DNA of 64,000 nt from Arenicellales bacterium (GCA_965202855.1 CBDBBP010000004.1:1225775-1289774); one strand, 5' to 3'; counted from the first letter of the stretch, positions 41,562-51,848 are shown. Notes: generated from the letters alone by a model not told the origin. Program-made: numbers and translations.

Positions 41562-44114
41562 CTGCCCTTTAGTCATAAGTTCATTCTTGACATAAAGATC
41601 TGAGCATTGGATTCTCATCCATGCCCTCAGCAGTGCTTCTGCGAACCGTATTCCACTGGTTTGACGGATATGACTTCTCCAGATTGGCGGACAACTGGGG
41701 CGCGAGTCAATCGTCAGTGACGATTGCAGCTGGACTTCAATCAAGATACAAAGTCTTGTACATCTGCCCTTGGTCTGCTCGGCCGAGCAGCACTTCAGCC
41801 ATCTGTGTCATGATGGTCAGGCGCAGGTATCCTTCCCAGAGCTTCTGGTTGCCGGGCGGGGGATCATGCTTGCGGTTCTGATAGCCGGCGATGCTGGCCA
41901 TGGTCACAATGGCACTGCCCAAATCTGTGGGCGGCGGCAACTTGTAGTGCGCAGCAAAATCCTGCAAACAGGCAATTTCAAGTTCCGAGAACATCACTTC
42001 CATGGGCAGTTCCGGCGTGTCCCGACCCAGCAGCGTCATCACGGTCAAACGCCAGGCGATCACGGCATTGATGGTGATCGCTCGCTGCTGACGGCCTTCG
42101 GTGCGATGCGCCAGCAACTCCACTTTGCAGCCGGATTTCAACACCCGATGCCAGTCCTCGATGCGCCAGCGCAACCGATAGCGCTGGATCACCTGTTCGG
42201 CCTGCGCACGCGATTGGACCGGCAACGTCGTCAGCAACAACCAATGCAGCGGCTCCACCCCCTCAGGGGCCTGGATCTCTTTGACCTGCACCGCATGCAT
42301 TCGCAGCGGCTGGCTGCCCCGAAACTTTTTCCTTTGCGGCGCTGGCAGCTGCACTTCACACCAGCGCAGCTCGGCCCGGGCCTGTCTTGCCGACTGCGCC
42401 GCACGCGCTTTTTGACTGCGACTGCCACGCCGTGCCGACTGCCGCTCCACCCGCAGGCTCAAGTGCGCCTGAGGTTGCATCGCATTCAGCTGGTCAAATA
42501 ATTTCAACTCGCCCTTGCTCAGACTTCGGTTGTGCTGAGCCCGCACCAGCAATTCCACCTCGCGGCCGACCTCCGGCTGCGCAAACAATTCGAAAAAATC
42601 GGCCTCTCGATCCATCACCGACACCACCCGAACCTGTTGTAATTGCTGCGATAATTCGACACAGTGCCGCAAACCCCGAAGCCAACGCCCGGTCTTGGGC
42701 TTGTCCTCATTAGAAGTGTACTCCAGATGCGGCACGCCCAACGGCACGCCTTGCGCATCGAGCACCAGCACCGAATGCAGATGCATGCCCAAAGTGCCGC
42801 CAGAACCACGAGTGCGACCGATCGTGCCCAAGCCTTTGCAACCCCCGCGATTGGCAAAATTCAAGTCGGTGCCATCCTGCACACACAACACCTCGGGCTG
42901 CGACTGCATGCGCTCGAGCGTGCGACGCCGATGCACCGACAGCATGTTGTCCGCGCTCACTTCTGAATCCGCCGGCTGCTCGATCAGACGATAATGCCCC
43001 AACGCCGCCGCTCGGTCACCACCGGCCGCGGTCAGAAACGAAGCCGTCGGCTGCTTGGACTGAATCTTCACGCTTTTAACCAAACGCCGACTCAAACGCA
43101 CGTCGCCCAAAGGTGCGCCGCCAAATTCCTGTTCCGCCCATTGTTCAATCTCCAAACCTTCGCCGCCGGCCCGGGGCTTGATGCCATACTTCCACACCCC
43201 CAGCAAAGCCCGCCAATCGCGTTTTAATTCATACACATACACTGCTTTCTTCGAGACCTTGGCACCGGCCTCGGCAAACCGTCCGCGACCCGCAGTCTGA
43301 CCCAGATAATGCCAATTCGAAGCCTCGAACGAGACCCCATTGTAATCTTCACCGACAAAAGTTTCCACCACATACGGCCGATATCCATAGCGCTGTTTGA
43401 AATCCGCCGGCAACCGTCGCAGACACTGCCCCAAGACCTTCGAAGCCAGATTCTGGCACTCGACCGAGGGCCGAATCAGAAAACGACTCAGACACACCAT
43501 CCGATGCAGATCACGGCCGCGCTGCTCGTCATCCCAGCCGATCCAGTCATCACGGCAAGCCAATCTCAAGGCTGCCGCCGAAAAGCCCAGCGCACCCAAA
43601 TAACCATTCGCCGAATGCACCAGATAACGCAACTGCGCACCCGCATGGATGACCGCACCCAGCGGATGCTCCTCAGCCATCAACTCGTTCCACAGCCAAC
43701 GCTGCTGATCGCTCGTGACCAACTGCAACTCCAAGCCCTGCACCTGATCCACCCGTGCCGGCACGGCCTCAGCCGCAGCCACCGGCTCGCCCAATCGGCG
43801 CACCCCAGCCAAGTTCCCAGTTCGCTTTGATCGCGGCAATGCAAGCTGCTGGCGCTGTTCCAAATGATTCAGCGCCTGCAGGCAACTGGCCAACTGCTCG
43901 TGCCCGCGGGCATCATAAAATCCAAACTTCTGACACACTCGCCGTGCGACCGCTGCACGCGTCGAAAACTGCTCCTCGGCCAACAGTCGCTGAAGGCTTG
44001 AAACACCTTCACTGGAGGTCAGAGTGCGATGGATCTGGTGCTGCCTGTACATGACACCATACTGTACAGACAATCAATTCAAATGTCAAGCTCCCTTTTC
44101 TGATAAAAGGGCAG
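41562..44114 (-). mobile_element. IS4-family element, apparently intact
   Basis: TIRs ctgccctttagtcat / ctgataaaagggcag; 8-bp direct repeat agcgcgcc at 41554-41561 and 44115-44122. Confidence 0.88.
41737..44073 (-). CDS. Fusion of DUF4338/DruA-like domain and IS4 (Tn5-like) DDE transposase
   Basis: N-half HPLG, RDDWIGW, SRFLIRP, NLASKVL, VETFV, ASNWHYLGQTAGRGR; C-half WAEQEFG..LGDVRL, QDGTDLN, DREAD, YRLRWRIEDWHRVLKSGC. Confidence 0.9.
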   Translation of the reverse strand: MSVQYGVMYRQHQIHRTLTSSEGVSSLQRLLAEEQFSTRAAVARRVCQKFGFYDARGHEQLASCLQALNHLEQRQQLALPRSKRTGNLAGVRRLGEPVAAAEAVPARVDQVQGLELQLVTSDQQRWLWNELMAEEHPLGAVIHAGAQLRYLVHSANGYLGALGFSAAALRLACRDDWIGWDDEQRGRDLHRMVCLSRFLIRPSVECQNLASKVLGQCLRRLPADFKQRYGYRPYVVETFVGEDYNGVSFEASNWHYLGQTAGRGRFAEAGAKVSKKAVYVYELKRDWRALLGVWKYGIKPRAGGEGLEIEQWAEQEFGGAPLGDVRLSRRLVKSVKIQSKQPTASFLTAAGGDRAAALGHYRLIEQPADSEVSADNMLSVHRRRTLERMQSQPEVLCVQDGTDLNFANRGGCKGLGTIGRTRGSGGTLGMHLHSVLVLDAQGVPLGVPHLEYTSNEDKPKTGRWLRGLRHCVELSQQLQQVRVVSVMDREADFFELFAQPEVGREVELLVRAQHNRSLSKGELKLFDQLNAMQPQAHLSLRVERQSARRGSRSQKARAAQSARQARAELRWCEVQLPAPQRKKFRGSQPLRMHAVQVKEIQAPEGVEPLHWLLLTTLPVQSRAQAEQVIQRYRLRWRIEDWHRVLKSGCKVELLAHRTEGRQQRAITINAVIAWRLTVMTLLGRDTPELPMEVMFSELEIACLQDFAAHYKLPPPTDLGSAIVTMASIAGYQNRKHDPPPGNQKLWEGYLRLTIMTQMAEVLLGRADQGQMYKTLYLD

Positions 44115-44594
44115 AGCGCGCCCGCACAAGGTTTCGCCAGGCTTTTTTCCCGACCACCTCGTGACCGGCCTGAACCAGCAGTTGGTTGACCTTCGCCAGC
44201 AACTGCGGGCTCAGCAGACTGACATTGTCGACAACAGTTTGCCGCTCGTAGTAATGTTGCATGATGCCGTGCCCCATGATTTGGCGCAAGGTACCGTGCT
44301 CGTTGGCCAGCTCAGTGAGCCGGTCGTAGTCGCAGTTCAGCCCCTGTTTTAGCACCGCCAGCACCAGAATGCGCCACAGGTGCATGCCCGGCCGACTGGT
44401 ATCTTTGCGCGCGTTCGGATTCACCTCAGCCTCCAGCAGCTCGAAGACTTGCTCGCGCAGCTTCGTAGTCACATACAGGTGCTGCAGGCCGCGCAGCAGC
44501 GCTGGTATGTCGTCGCGCGATTTCGCGATTGATATGGACCGCGCCGATGTCAGTGCTACCCAATTCAAGCTGGGTGGATTCAACTTTTCGCATG
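44115..44594 (-). pseudogene. ISNCY transposase, N-terminal part
   Basis: SRDDIPALLRGLQHLY, RPGMHLWRILVL, CDYDRL, LRQIMGH. Confidence 0.85.
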
Positions 44595-44759
44595 GTATTT
44601 GCCCGAAGATTTTGTCAAAATGCAGTCAATGAAGGATTTTGGATGCGCTTTGGCGTGAAATGGGCTTGAAAGGGAAATTCTTCAGTGCCGCACTACCGAC
44701 GCTATTCCATTGTTTATATTGACTTATTATACTCTATTTTGGTTTTCTGACAGACACTA

Positions 44760-45120
44760 GATATCGAACATGAGACTTGGTGAGTTTCTCGTCTTATGAA
44801 ATAATTACGTATGCGAACCTGAAAAACTCCTTTTCGTCATCTTTGTCGTGTTTAGTGAGTCTGTCTTTCACTTTGTCACTCTAACCGACATATACGAGCT
44901 TTCGAAAAGGGTCGTTCGGGTCATCTCCAATCAATAAATAAACACCTGTCTTCAAGCATTCATCGCGCTTGCTGAGATTCGGCAGTTCCGAGCGTGGTGC
45001 TTTCAAAACTTTCCCGTTCCAATTGCCGAGCTCTGCGGTTATTACTTCAGTCGGTAGGCCGTTCACAAGAAAAAGCTTCGACGTACGGCCCAAAGGCTTT
45101 TGGAACTGTTTATCAAACAT
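44760..45120 (-). pseudogene. GIY-YIG / DUF4357-type nuclease pseudogene
   Basis: LFLVNG..AELGNWNG..PRS..GVYLL..VYVG*SD..RL..H..K.F..LTKSHVRYL; two internal stops; cut at the IS end. Confidence 0.72.
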
Positions 45121-45339
45121 AATCGTAAAATTCCTTCATAAAAATATGTGAATTTAGAACTAATCTGGCACAGTATTGAATAGCGTATTTTTTATTTTAT
45201 ACTTTAGAGTGAGTTTAGGTTTGTTGTATAATGTTATTATCATTTTAATTAATAAAAACAAATGGTTAATCTCAATGATCAAACAATAATCGAACTCGTT
45301 TTTGTCTTGGTGTGATCACTTTACCACGCTGCAATACTA

Positions 45340-45690
45340 CCTCGAAGATTTGAAATGTCATCGCTGCGCGATTATCTTTGTCTGCCCGTGCTTTGGAAGT
45401 GATCGAGCCTATGGTCTCAGCTGGCATATGCGTGGTTAATACAGCCACGCATCAGACTTCAGTCACAGCCAACACCTTGTTTCAAAATACCAAACTGCCA
45501 CTTCCGAATTGTTCGCCGCCATCGATTTGATGAGTTTGGATAAGAACGAGATCTCGGCGACGCGAGTGACGCAGAAGTTCGGCTTGACTTGAAACAGCAC
45601 ACAATTGATACGGCGAAAACTGGGAAAAATCATGGGCGACCGCAATCGAGTGTATTAGCTACGTGGTCAGGTCCAAATCAACGAAGAATT
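45340..45690 (+). mobile_element. IS1595-family transposase N-terminal remnant
   Basis: HQTSVTANTLFQNTKLPL, AIDLMSLDKNEISA, RKLGKIMGDRNRVY*LRGQVQINE. Confidence 0.72.
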
Positions 45691-45738
45691 CTATTATCAA
45701 CTGCCATCTAAACTAGGAACAAAGGAATCAATTCTCCT

Positions 45739-46536
45739 ATGAAAATCAATCGCCAAAACGAGACAAGCGGCCCAACTTCAAAGAAGCTGATCATTATTGC
45801 ACTGCTTCTATTAACGTTCGGAATCAGCAGCATCGCCTATGCTGAAAGCGATGAAATAAGTAACTGTTGTCTTGATCGATTTGCCGGCATTTTCATTGAT
45901 TCAGGAGGTTCCGGCAACCAACTCATTGATGTGACGGGATTTGCAAATTGGGGGAAACCTGGTTCAGTTTCCAATTACGATTCTAATTACCAGGGTGGTG
46001 GAATTCTTCTTGGTAAAAGTTTTGAATATAACAATATACCACTAAGATTCGAAACCCGTTTCCACGCGAGCAAACCAATGGCACAAACAAACCAACTGGA
46101 CCCAGCTGCCGGGGACGAAACGGCATTTGCAGAATTTGAACAGCTTAGTTCTTTTCGACTAGGCATTGAACAGGAGTTTGGAAGTGGCACGAAGTTGATT
46201 GTGAATGGAGGGTTGGCTTATTCAAATATTTCGAATTTCGTAATAGATATTGATTTCAGTCAGACTTATCCAGATGGAATCGTAGACCCAGATGACTCCT
46301 TTAGCGATACCTCGTCAAAATTAGGCTGGGTTATCGGATTAGACTTAGAAACTCCAATCAGTGATTTGTGGGCATTCCGTTTGGGTGGGTCTCTCTTTGA
46401 TTTTGGAAAGGATACGTATTACGTAAATACGTCTGGCAATAATAGCTGTGGCAGAGGAGGCGAACGAGAACCGTGTCCGTATCTAGTTCACAACAGCCTT
46501 TTTACAGCCTATCTCGCACTCATTCGCAAATTTTAG
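45739..46536 (+). CDS. Outer membrane beta-barrel protein
   Basis: Signal peptide, amphipathic strands (GGLAY, GWVIG), C-terminal Phe. Confidence 0.75.
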   Translation: MKINRQNETSGPTSKKLIIIALLLLTFGISSIAYAESDEISNCCLDRFAGIFIDSGGSGNQLIDVTGFANWGKPGSVSNYDSNYQGGGILLGKSFEYNNIPLRFETRFHASKPMAQTNQLDPAAGDETAFAEFEQLSSFRLGIEQEFGSGTKLIVNGGLAYSNISNFVIDIDFSQTYPDGIVDPDDSFSDTSSKLGWVIGLDLETPISDLWAFRLGGSLFDFGKDTYYVNTSGNNSCGRGGEREPCPYLVHNSLFTAYLALIRKF

Positions 46537-47283
46537 AAAATGGAAATTTAGCAGTCACTATTCACCCGCCCTAAATGTAGCAGTACGAGTTGCTGGAACT
46601 GCTGGCAGATATGAATTTATTTGGATTGGCTGAACATTGCCATCCTATTTTTGTTCAGGGTGTATCGCATGGCGGCGAGCGAGCTGCAACCTGAAGCGAC
46701 ATCGACTGCAGACAGCTTGAATTTCGGCAATAGGCTTGAGCGTGACCGGGGTTTGGATTTGTGTCTGAGATTTTTGCCGTACCTTGGCCATTAGGATGTC
46801 GCTTTCGATTCGATTGTTGTTGCTGAACAGCACCTCACTGCGCATTGCAAAGCATAGAATCTCATTTTTGTATTTGAGAAAGCATTGGACGATTTTTCCG
46901 CCTCGCCACGTTCTATTTTCGGTTGTCGGGTCTCTCGATATAAAATGGGGGCAAAAGTAAGCTTCCATAGCGATTTTAGATGAGACAAAATGGGCGGAAT
47001 TTGTTTTGTTTGATTTTGGAAGAAATCCACTGTAGTTGCATGCCATGTGAGAGTGTGAAAAAATCAAAATCATATTAAAGCCTGCATGAGTGCGATGATC
47101 CTTTGCTGAGGAAACAGCCGCCACATAGTTTCACCCCTGACTGTGGGTAAAATTAGAAGCGGTTCCCATGCACTCACTAGTTTGCTGTATTTGTACGGCA
47201 AGAAACAAATCCTTCCGGTGGATATGAACCCCGAGAAGAAAGAAGTGCCTCTGGAAATAACCTGTCTGAAGGAAGTCAATCCG

Positions 47284-47537
47284 ATGAATAACATTGAAAC
47301 AATCGGCACCGCCGCAGGTGCTGAAAGATGCAGGGTTCGAACCAGTTCAAGCTAAAGTATTGCGGAATTAGTTATCGGCTTAAGTCCGATATCGCCGAGC
47401 TTAATTCGGATGTCACCGAGCTTAATTCGGATTTCAACTTCCGACAGAATTTGTTAGAGAGCAAGATTGACAATCTTCACTGGACGATGGTTGCTGTCGG
47501 CGGCATTATTGTCGCATTAATCAAATTCCTACCCTAA
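47284..47537 (+). pseudogene. Frameshifted DUF1640-like coiled-coil gene
   Basis: IET..VLKDAGFEPVQA / LKSDIAELNSDVTELNSD..WTMVAVGGIIVALIKFLP; 21-nt tandem unit containing ccgagcttaattcggat. Confidence 0.6.
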
Positions 47538-47678
47538 GCGAAAAAAACGGACAGCAGCAGGGTGTAGATTTCAATTAAAAATTGACCCGGATTGACAAAA
47601 ATCAACTCGCCTATTTTTCGAGAACGATAAATTGAGAAATGAGAATTTTCACACGGTCGGATGACATTTTGCAGACAT

Positions 47679-50006
47679 TCATCGTCCCGGGTGATTTTTC
47701 AGTAACCGCCAAATCCGCTCAGACGTGGCTGGCATCTGAACATCGGTGATGCCGAACGGCGTGAATGCATCAATAATCGCGTTCATTACAGCGGCTGGGC
47801 ACCCCATCGTGCCAATTTCGCCCACCCCTTTTACACCCAAAGGATTTTCGCCCGTTTCTATTTCGTTCCAGATAAGATCAAAATCAGGAACGTCATCAGC
47901 GCGCGGAATCGTGTAATCCAAAAAGCTCCCTGTCACCAGTTGCCCCGTTTCCGGCTCATAGAATACGCGTTCCAAAATTGCATGCCCGATTCCGTGGGTG
48001 AGCCCTCCATGCATCTGACCATCGACGATAAGAGGGTTGATGATGTTCCCGGGGTCGCTAATCGCATGCAGTCGAGCAATTGATACTTGACCCGTATCCA
48101 GGTCAATTTCCACTTCACAGGCTTGGCAGCCGCTTGCAAACATCGCATGTCGAACAGAATGCTCATGAGAAGCAACTAGCACATCTCCTTTCCTTACTGC
48201 AACTTTCGCCACCTCAAACAGGCTGACTTGCCGGTCCGTACCCGGTATATGAAACCTTCCAAACGAATAATCGACATCTTCAATTGCAACTTCAAAAACT
48301 TCCGCTGCATAGGATCGACCTTTTTCAAGTACTTTTTCCGCACTATAAAACATCGCCGAACCACCAATTCTCATCGACCGTGAACCATGCGTTCCAGTGC
48401 CTGCTGGCAGGTCATCGGTATCACCGTCTACGATTCGAATTTGTTTGAGTGGAATTTGCAGCTGGCTTGAAAGCACTTGCGCAAATGAGGTTTCGTGGCC
48501 AGTTCCAATGGATTTTGTTCCTACCCTTGCTTCAACGAATTCTTTTTTGACTTCAACTTCGGCAAACTCGTTGGGACTGCCGCCTACACTATCCACAAAA
48601 ACTGAAAATCCCAGTCCTCTTAATTGACCTGATTCAGCCGACTTCTGACGTCGTCGTTCAAATTCATCTAGCTCTATCTGATTTAACAGCTTTTTGAAGT
48701 TCCCATAAAAATCAGCTGCCGTATAAAACGCACCGGTTGGCGTTGTCCATGGCAGATCAGAACGACGAATCAGATTCTTCCGTCGCAGCGCGATTCGGTC
48801 AATGCCCAATTGCCTTGCCGCTTCTTCAACAACTCGTTCGATTGCATATGAAACTTCTGCGCGGGCAACACCACGAAAGGGACCAATTTGCGCAGTATTC
48901 GAAAAAACACCTTTTAAACAATAATGTGCAGCAGATATTCGGTAAACACCACAAAGCATCAATGACATGTAGCTCGCGTACAGCCAAATACTGCGAGGAT
49001 TTAGATAAGCGCCCAATCTCCAAAGGCTGTTCAATCGAATTGCGGTCATCCTGCCTTCTTCATCCAAACCAAGCTGAACATGCATTTGATGATCTCTGGA
49101 TTGCGAGTCAGTCAGAAAACTTTCGCTGCGACTTGGCACCCACTTCACCGGCGCTCCCGTAAACTGAGCAAGCCAGGCAGTTACTGCGACTTCGGGAGAT
49201 GGCGAAGTGCGCGCCCCAAAACCACCACCGGTGTCATAAGCAACAACTCTAACTTGATTCGGCTCAACATCCAAAACCTCCGCTATGTCTTTCTGAAACC
49301 AATGTGGAGATTGGCAGCCGGTAAATACTTCAAATCGTTCTCGTTCAATATCATAACGAGCCAAAACGGTTCTAGGCTCCAAAAACGCTACGATATGTCG
49401 AGGATAATCCACTGTAACGGAAACAATTTTGTGAGCTTGCGAAAACTTGAGATCAACATCTTCACGACTGCCATATTCAGTGTCCACACAAACATTGCTA
49501 CCAATTTCATCCCAAATGAGAGGTGCGTTCTCTTTGATCGCTTTCTCGGTATTTATCACCGACGGCAATGGTTCGAATTCAACCTCTACAGCCTCAGCGG
49601 CAGCTAGTGCCTGTTCAATGCTGGCTGCGGCAACTACGGCAATAGGTTCACCCGCAAACCGCACTTTATCGACTGCGAGCGGCCACCTTCTAACATCCGG
49701 CAGTTCGCTTCCGTCTTTATTCTTTACCGGAAAATTCGGACTCCGAGTTAATGGGTTGATCGGTTTTAAACCCACTTTGACGAGTGCTTTTCCGTGAATG
49801 CATGCTCTTACTCCCGGCATGGTCGCGGCTTCAGACAAATCAACACGATTGATCCAGGCATGTGCATGTGGACTACGGACAAATACTGCATGCAGCTGTC
49901 CTTTTTCCATCAGATCATCTGTAAACCGACCTTCACCTTTGAGCAGACGTTCATCTTCTACCCGTAAAACAGGTCTTCCAATCGGATCTTTCATTCTTTT
50001 ACTCAT
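47679..50006 (-). CDS. Xanthine dehydrogenase family molybdopterin-binding subunit (CoxL/CutL-like)
   Basis: RVEDERLLKGEGRF, RSPHAHA, GGGFG, GTHGSRS, GQMHGG, NPLGVKGVGE. Confidence 0.92.
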   Translation of the reverse strand: MSKRMKDPIGRPVLRVEDERLLKGEGRFTDDLMEKGQLHAVFVRSPHAHAWINRVDLSEAATMPGVRACIHGKALVKVGLKPINPLTRSPNFPVKNKDGSELPDVRRWPLAVDKVRFAGEPIAVVAAASIEQALAAAEAVEVEFEPLPSVINTEKAIKENAPLIWDEIGSNVCVDTEYGSREDVDLKFSQAHKIVSVTVDYPRHIVAFLEPRTVLARYDIERERFEVFTGCQSPHWFQKDIAEVLDVEPNQVRVVAYDTGGGFGARTSPSPEVAVTAWLAQFTGAPVKWVPSRSESFLTDSQSRDHQMHVQLGLDEEGRMTAIRLNSLWRLGAYLNPRSIWLYASYMSLMLCGVYRISAAHYCLKGVFSNTAQIGPFRGVARAEVSYAIERVVEEAARQLGIDRIALRRKNLIRRSDLPWTTPTGAFYTAADFYGNFKKLLNQIELDEFERRRQKSAESGQLRGLGFSVFVDSVGGSPNEFAEVEVKKEFVEARVGTKSIGTGHETSFAQVLSSQLQIPLKQIRIVDGDTDDLPAGTGTHGSRSMRIGGSAMFYSAEKVLEKGRSYAAEVFEVAIEDVDYSFGRFHIPGTDRQVSLFEVAKVAVRKGDVLVASHEHSVRHAMFASGCQACEVEIDLDTGQVSIARLHAISDPGNIINPLIVDGQMHGGLTHGIGHAILERVFYEPETGQLVTGSFLDYTIPRADDVPDFDLIWNEIETGENPLGVKGVGEIGTMGCPAAVMNAIIDAFTPFGITDVQMPATSERIWRLLKNHPGR

Positions 50007-50154
50007 TCGAGTCTTTCGTGATCGGTAAACTTCACTTCGTTTCAGATAAGAGTTTGCGTCGGTTAATCTTTTATCGATTGTTGGCTGTACAAATTATCCA
50101 AAAAAACTCGGCACCTATGAGAAGTTCTCTCGAATTGCTAAATTATTGATTTCA

Positions 50155-50350
50155 TCTATCTCTGTATCAGAAAAGCTTAGTCATAATAAATCCGCTAAGT
50201 GGTTGGCAACGGCATTCAGAAACTGATGTGGCAGTTGATCTGCACTTAAACGCCTATTGAAACGATAGACGAATCAAAATCATACCCGAGTAGGTAGCAA
50301 CTTCTATCTCCCGACAGAAAGTGCTTGAGAATTGCGATCAAGAACTGTAC
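50155..50350 (-). mobile_element. IS1595-family C-terminal remnant
   Basis: Minus strand LIAILKHFL..FVYRFNRRLSADQLPHQFLNAVANH. Confidence 0.6.
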
Positions 50351-50489
50351 CGCGTGCAATGATTTACCTTTCTGTTATGTCAAGTGCTTGAAGCAATTTC
50401 TCAATTTGATTATTGCAAAATTTTTAGAATAACGATACGAGAAAAATATCTTTTATGAAAGTATTCTGACCAATGAAAAACATTTGAAA

Positions 50490-50517
50490 TTGACAATTCG
50501 TACGCTAAGCGTACGAT
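50490..50517 (+). promoter_or_regulatory. Sigma70 promoter with overlapping TA operator palindrome
   Basis: TTGACA (50490), TACGAT (50512), palindrome tcgtacgct-a-agcgtacga (50498-50516). Confidence 0.7.
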
Positions 50518-50539
50518 ATCTGCCAAATAATGAACAAAG

Positions 50540-50782
50540 ATGACGATAATCAGCGTATCAAAAGCGCGCGCTAAGCTCTACCGCCTGGTTGACGAAGCAG
50601 TGCGATCACACAAGCCGGTTGTTATCGCTGGAAAAAGAGGTAATGCAGTGCTTCTTACGGAGGAAGACTGGAACTCCATCAATGAGACGTTGTGTTTACT
50701 GTCTGTTCCCGGAATGCGCGAATTGATCGTTGATGGTATGAACGCCGATCTTGAAGAATGTTCTCAGGAACTTGACTGGTAG
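50540..50782 (+). CDS. yefM: Phd/YefM family antitoxin
   Basis: ARAKLYRLVDE..SHKPVVI.GKRGNAVLL.EEDW.SINETL.LLSVPGMRE. Confidence 0.9.
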   Translation: MTIISVSKARAKLYRLVDEAVRSHKPVVIAGKRGNAVLLTEEDWNSINETLCLLSVPGMRELIVDGMNADLEECSQELDW

Positions 50783-50945
50783 TGTGGAAACTATATTTCA
50801 CCCGGCAGGCAAAAAACTGGCTGCTGGTTTTAAGAAAAGAGCGGAAGAACTGATTTTAATTTTTCAGAATGACCCTTTTCAAACTCCACCACCTTTTGAA
50901 AAACTTGTAGGTGATTTATGGAGAACAGATGCGACAGTCAACTGA
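50782..50945 (+). pseudogene. yoeB: Txe/YoeB toxin, frameshifted and truncated
   Basis: WKLYFTRQA / KKLAAG..DPFQTPPPFEKLVGDL; lacks the SRRI..HR catalytic half. Confidence 0.78.
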
Positions 50946-51264
50946 ATTGCTGGGACCGTAAGGAAATGATTTGAACCTGATCGGAATGGAATTTCAAATT
51001 AGAATAGATTAATAGCGAAGCAAAAGTAGATTCAAAACCGGCAATCTTCAACTAAACTCTTGTGATAGTTGTTTCGCTGTGATGAACGAATAAAATAGCA
51101 AAAGTTTCTAAAATTCGCTCAATCATTTTCGAAACAAATATATTTTTTGCGCTCTTTGCAAAGTAATTTTACTGCTTCACTTGTTTCTCGGCCCCACTGA
51201 CTTGTCATCGAATAAGTCCTGCCGTCAATAAAAAAGTTGATTATCTTTACAAAAATAACGCATG

Positions 51265-51768
51265 GTTTTGGGCGATGTTAAAGAGAACTCACAAAGGTAC
51301 TTTCCAAAAATCAGTAAGAAGCGTCTGTATCGATTTCGTTTCCGAATTTGAAGCGAAGCACAATCTCCGAGAACTCCGTACCATTGACCAGATCTAGTCG
51401 TGTTGAAAAATTGGTGGATGAAAATCTGAGATATAAGGATTTTTTGGGTGGGAGTGACGGCAGATTGTACTTATAGCAACTGCTTGACGAAAATCTCTAG
51501 AATCAGAGACAATTTTATGGAAAAATCTTTTCAAGCAATCAAGAGAACGGAGATGAATGTATGAATACGAAGAATTGAGAAAAACGAAATGCGAAAATCA
51601 GAAAACCCCAAAAAAATCTATAAGGCAAACTATCAATAAGCAACTCCCAAACAGGCAGCGAGAGCAGTTTTAAGTTACCGCCACAATACTCCCTCCAAGA
51701 AATATTTTTCTAAAAACATTTAAAATTCTAAACGATTTTTCAACCATCAACCCAAATATATAATTCCC
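51265..51768 (+). mobile_element. IS1595-family 3' remnant with decayed passenger ORF and right end
   Basis: WAMLKRTHKGTFQKISKK..SEFEAKHNLRE..TIDQ..LRYKD; ATPKQAARAVL fragment; ends atataattccc. Confidence 0.72.
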
Positions 51769-51848
51769 AGAAAGAAGTTCTCCAAATAAGGAAAATAAAA
51801 CTAGATTCGAAAATAACCAATCACCTTTATATACGCCAAAAAAATTAC

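Larger units (their letters stand above)
40611..44757 (-). mobile_element. ISNCY/IS5-like element, interrupted by an IS4 insertion
   Basis: TIRs tgtcggtcagaaaacc (40611) / ggttttctgacagaca (44741); transposase halves on both sides of the insert. Confidence 0.82.

Noticed and set aside
41770-44054. Long plus-strand ORFs opposite the IS4 transposase (and similar shadow ORFs elsewhere)
   Set aside because: Antisense frames of GC-rich genes with no recognisable motifs
41737-44073. Druantia defence system
   Set aside because: Only a DruA-like domain inside an IS; no DruE helicase or other dru genes nearby
46645-47124. 159-aa minus-strand ORF
   Set aside because: No convincing family; only a faint resemblance of its tail to an ISNCY N-terminus, too weak to call
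47380-47432. Short direct repeats as a CRISPR array
   Set aside because: Only about two 21-nt in-frame heptad units with no spacers; no CRISPR array or cas gene seen in the window
47679-50006. True aerobic CO dehydrogenase
   Set aside because: Lacks the AYxCSFR loop and coxS/coxM neighbours
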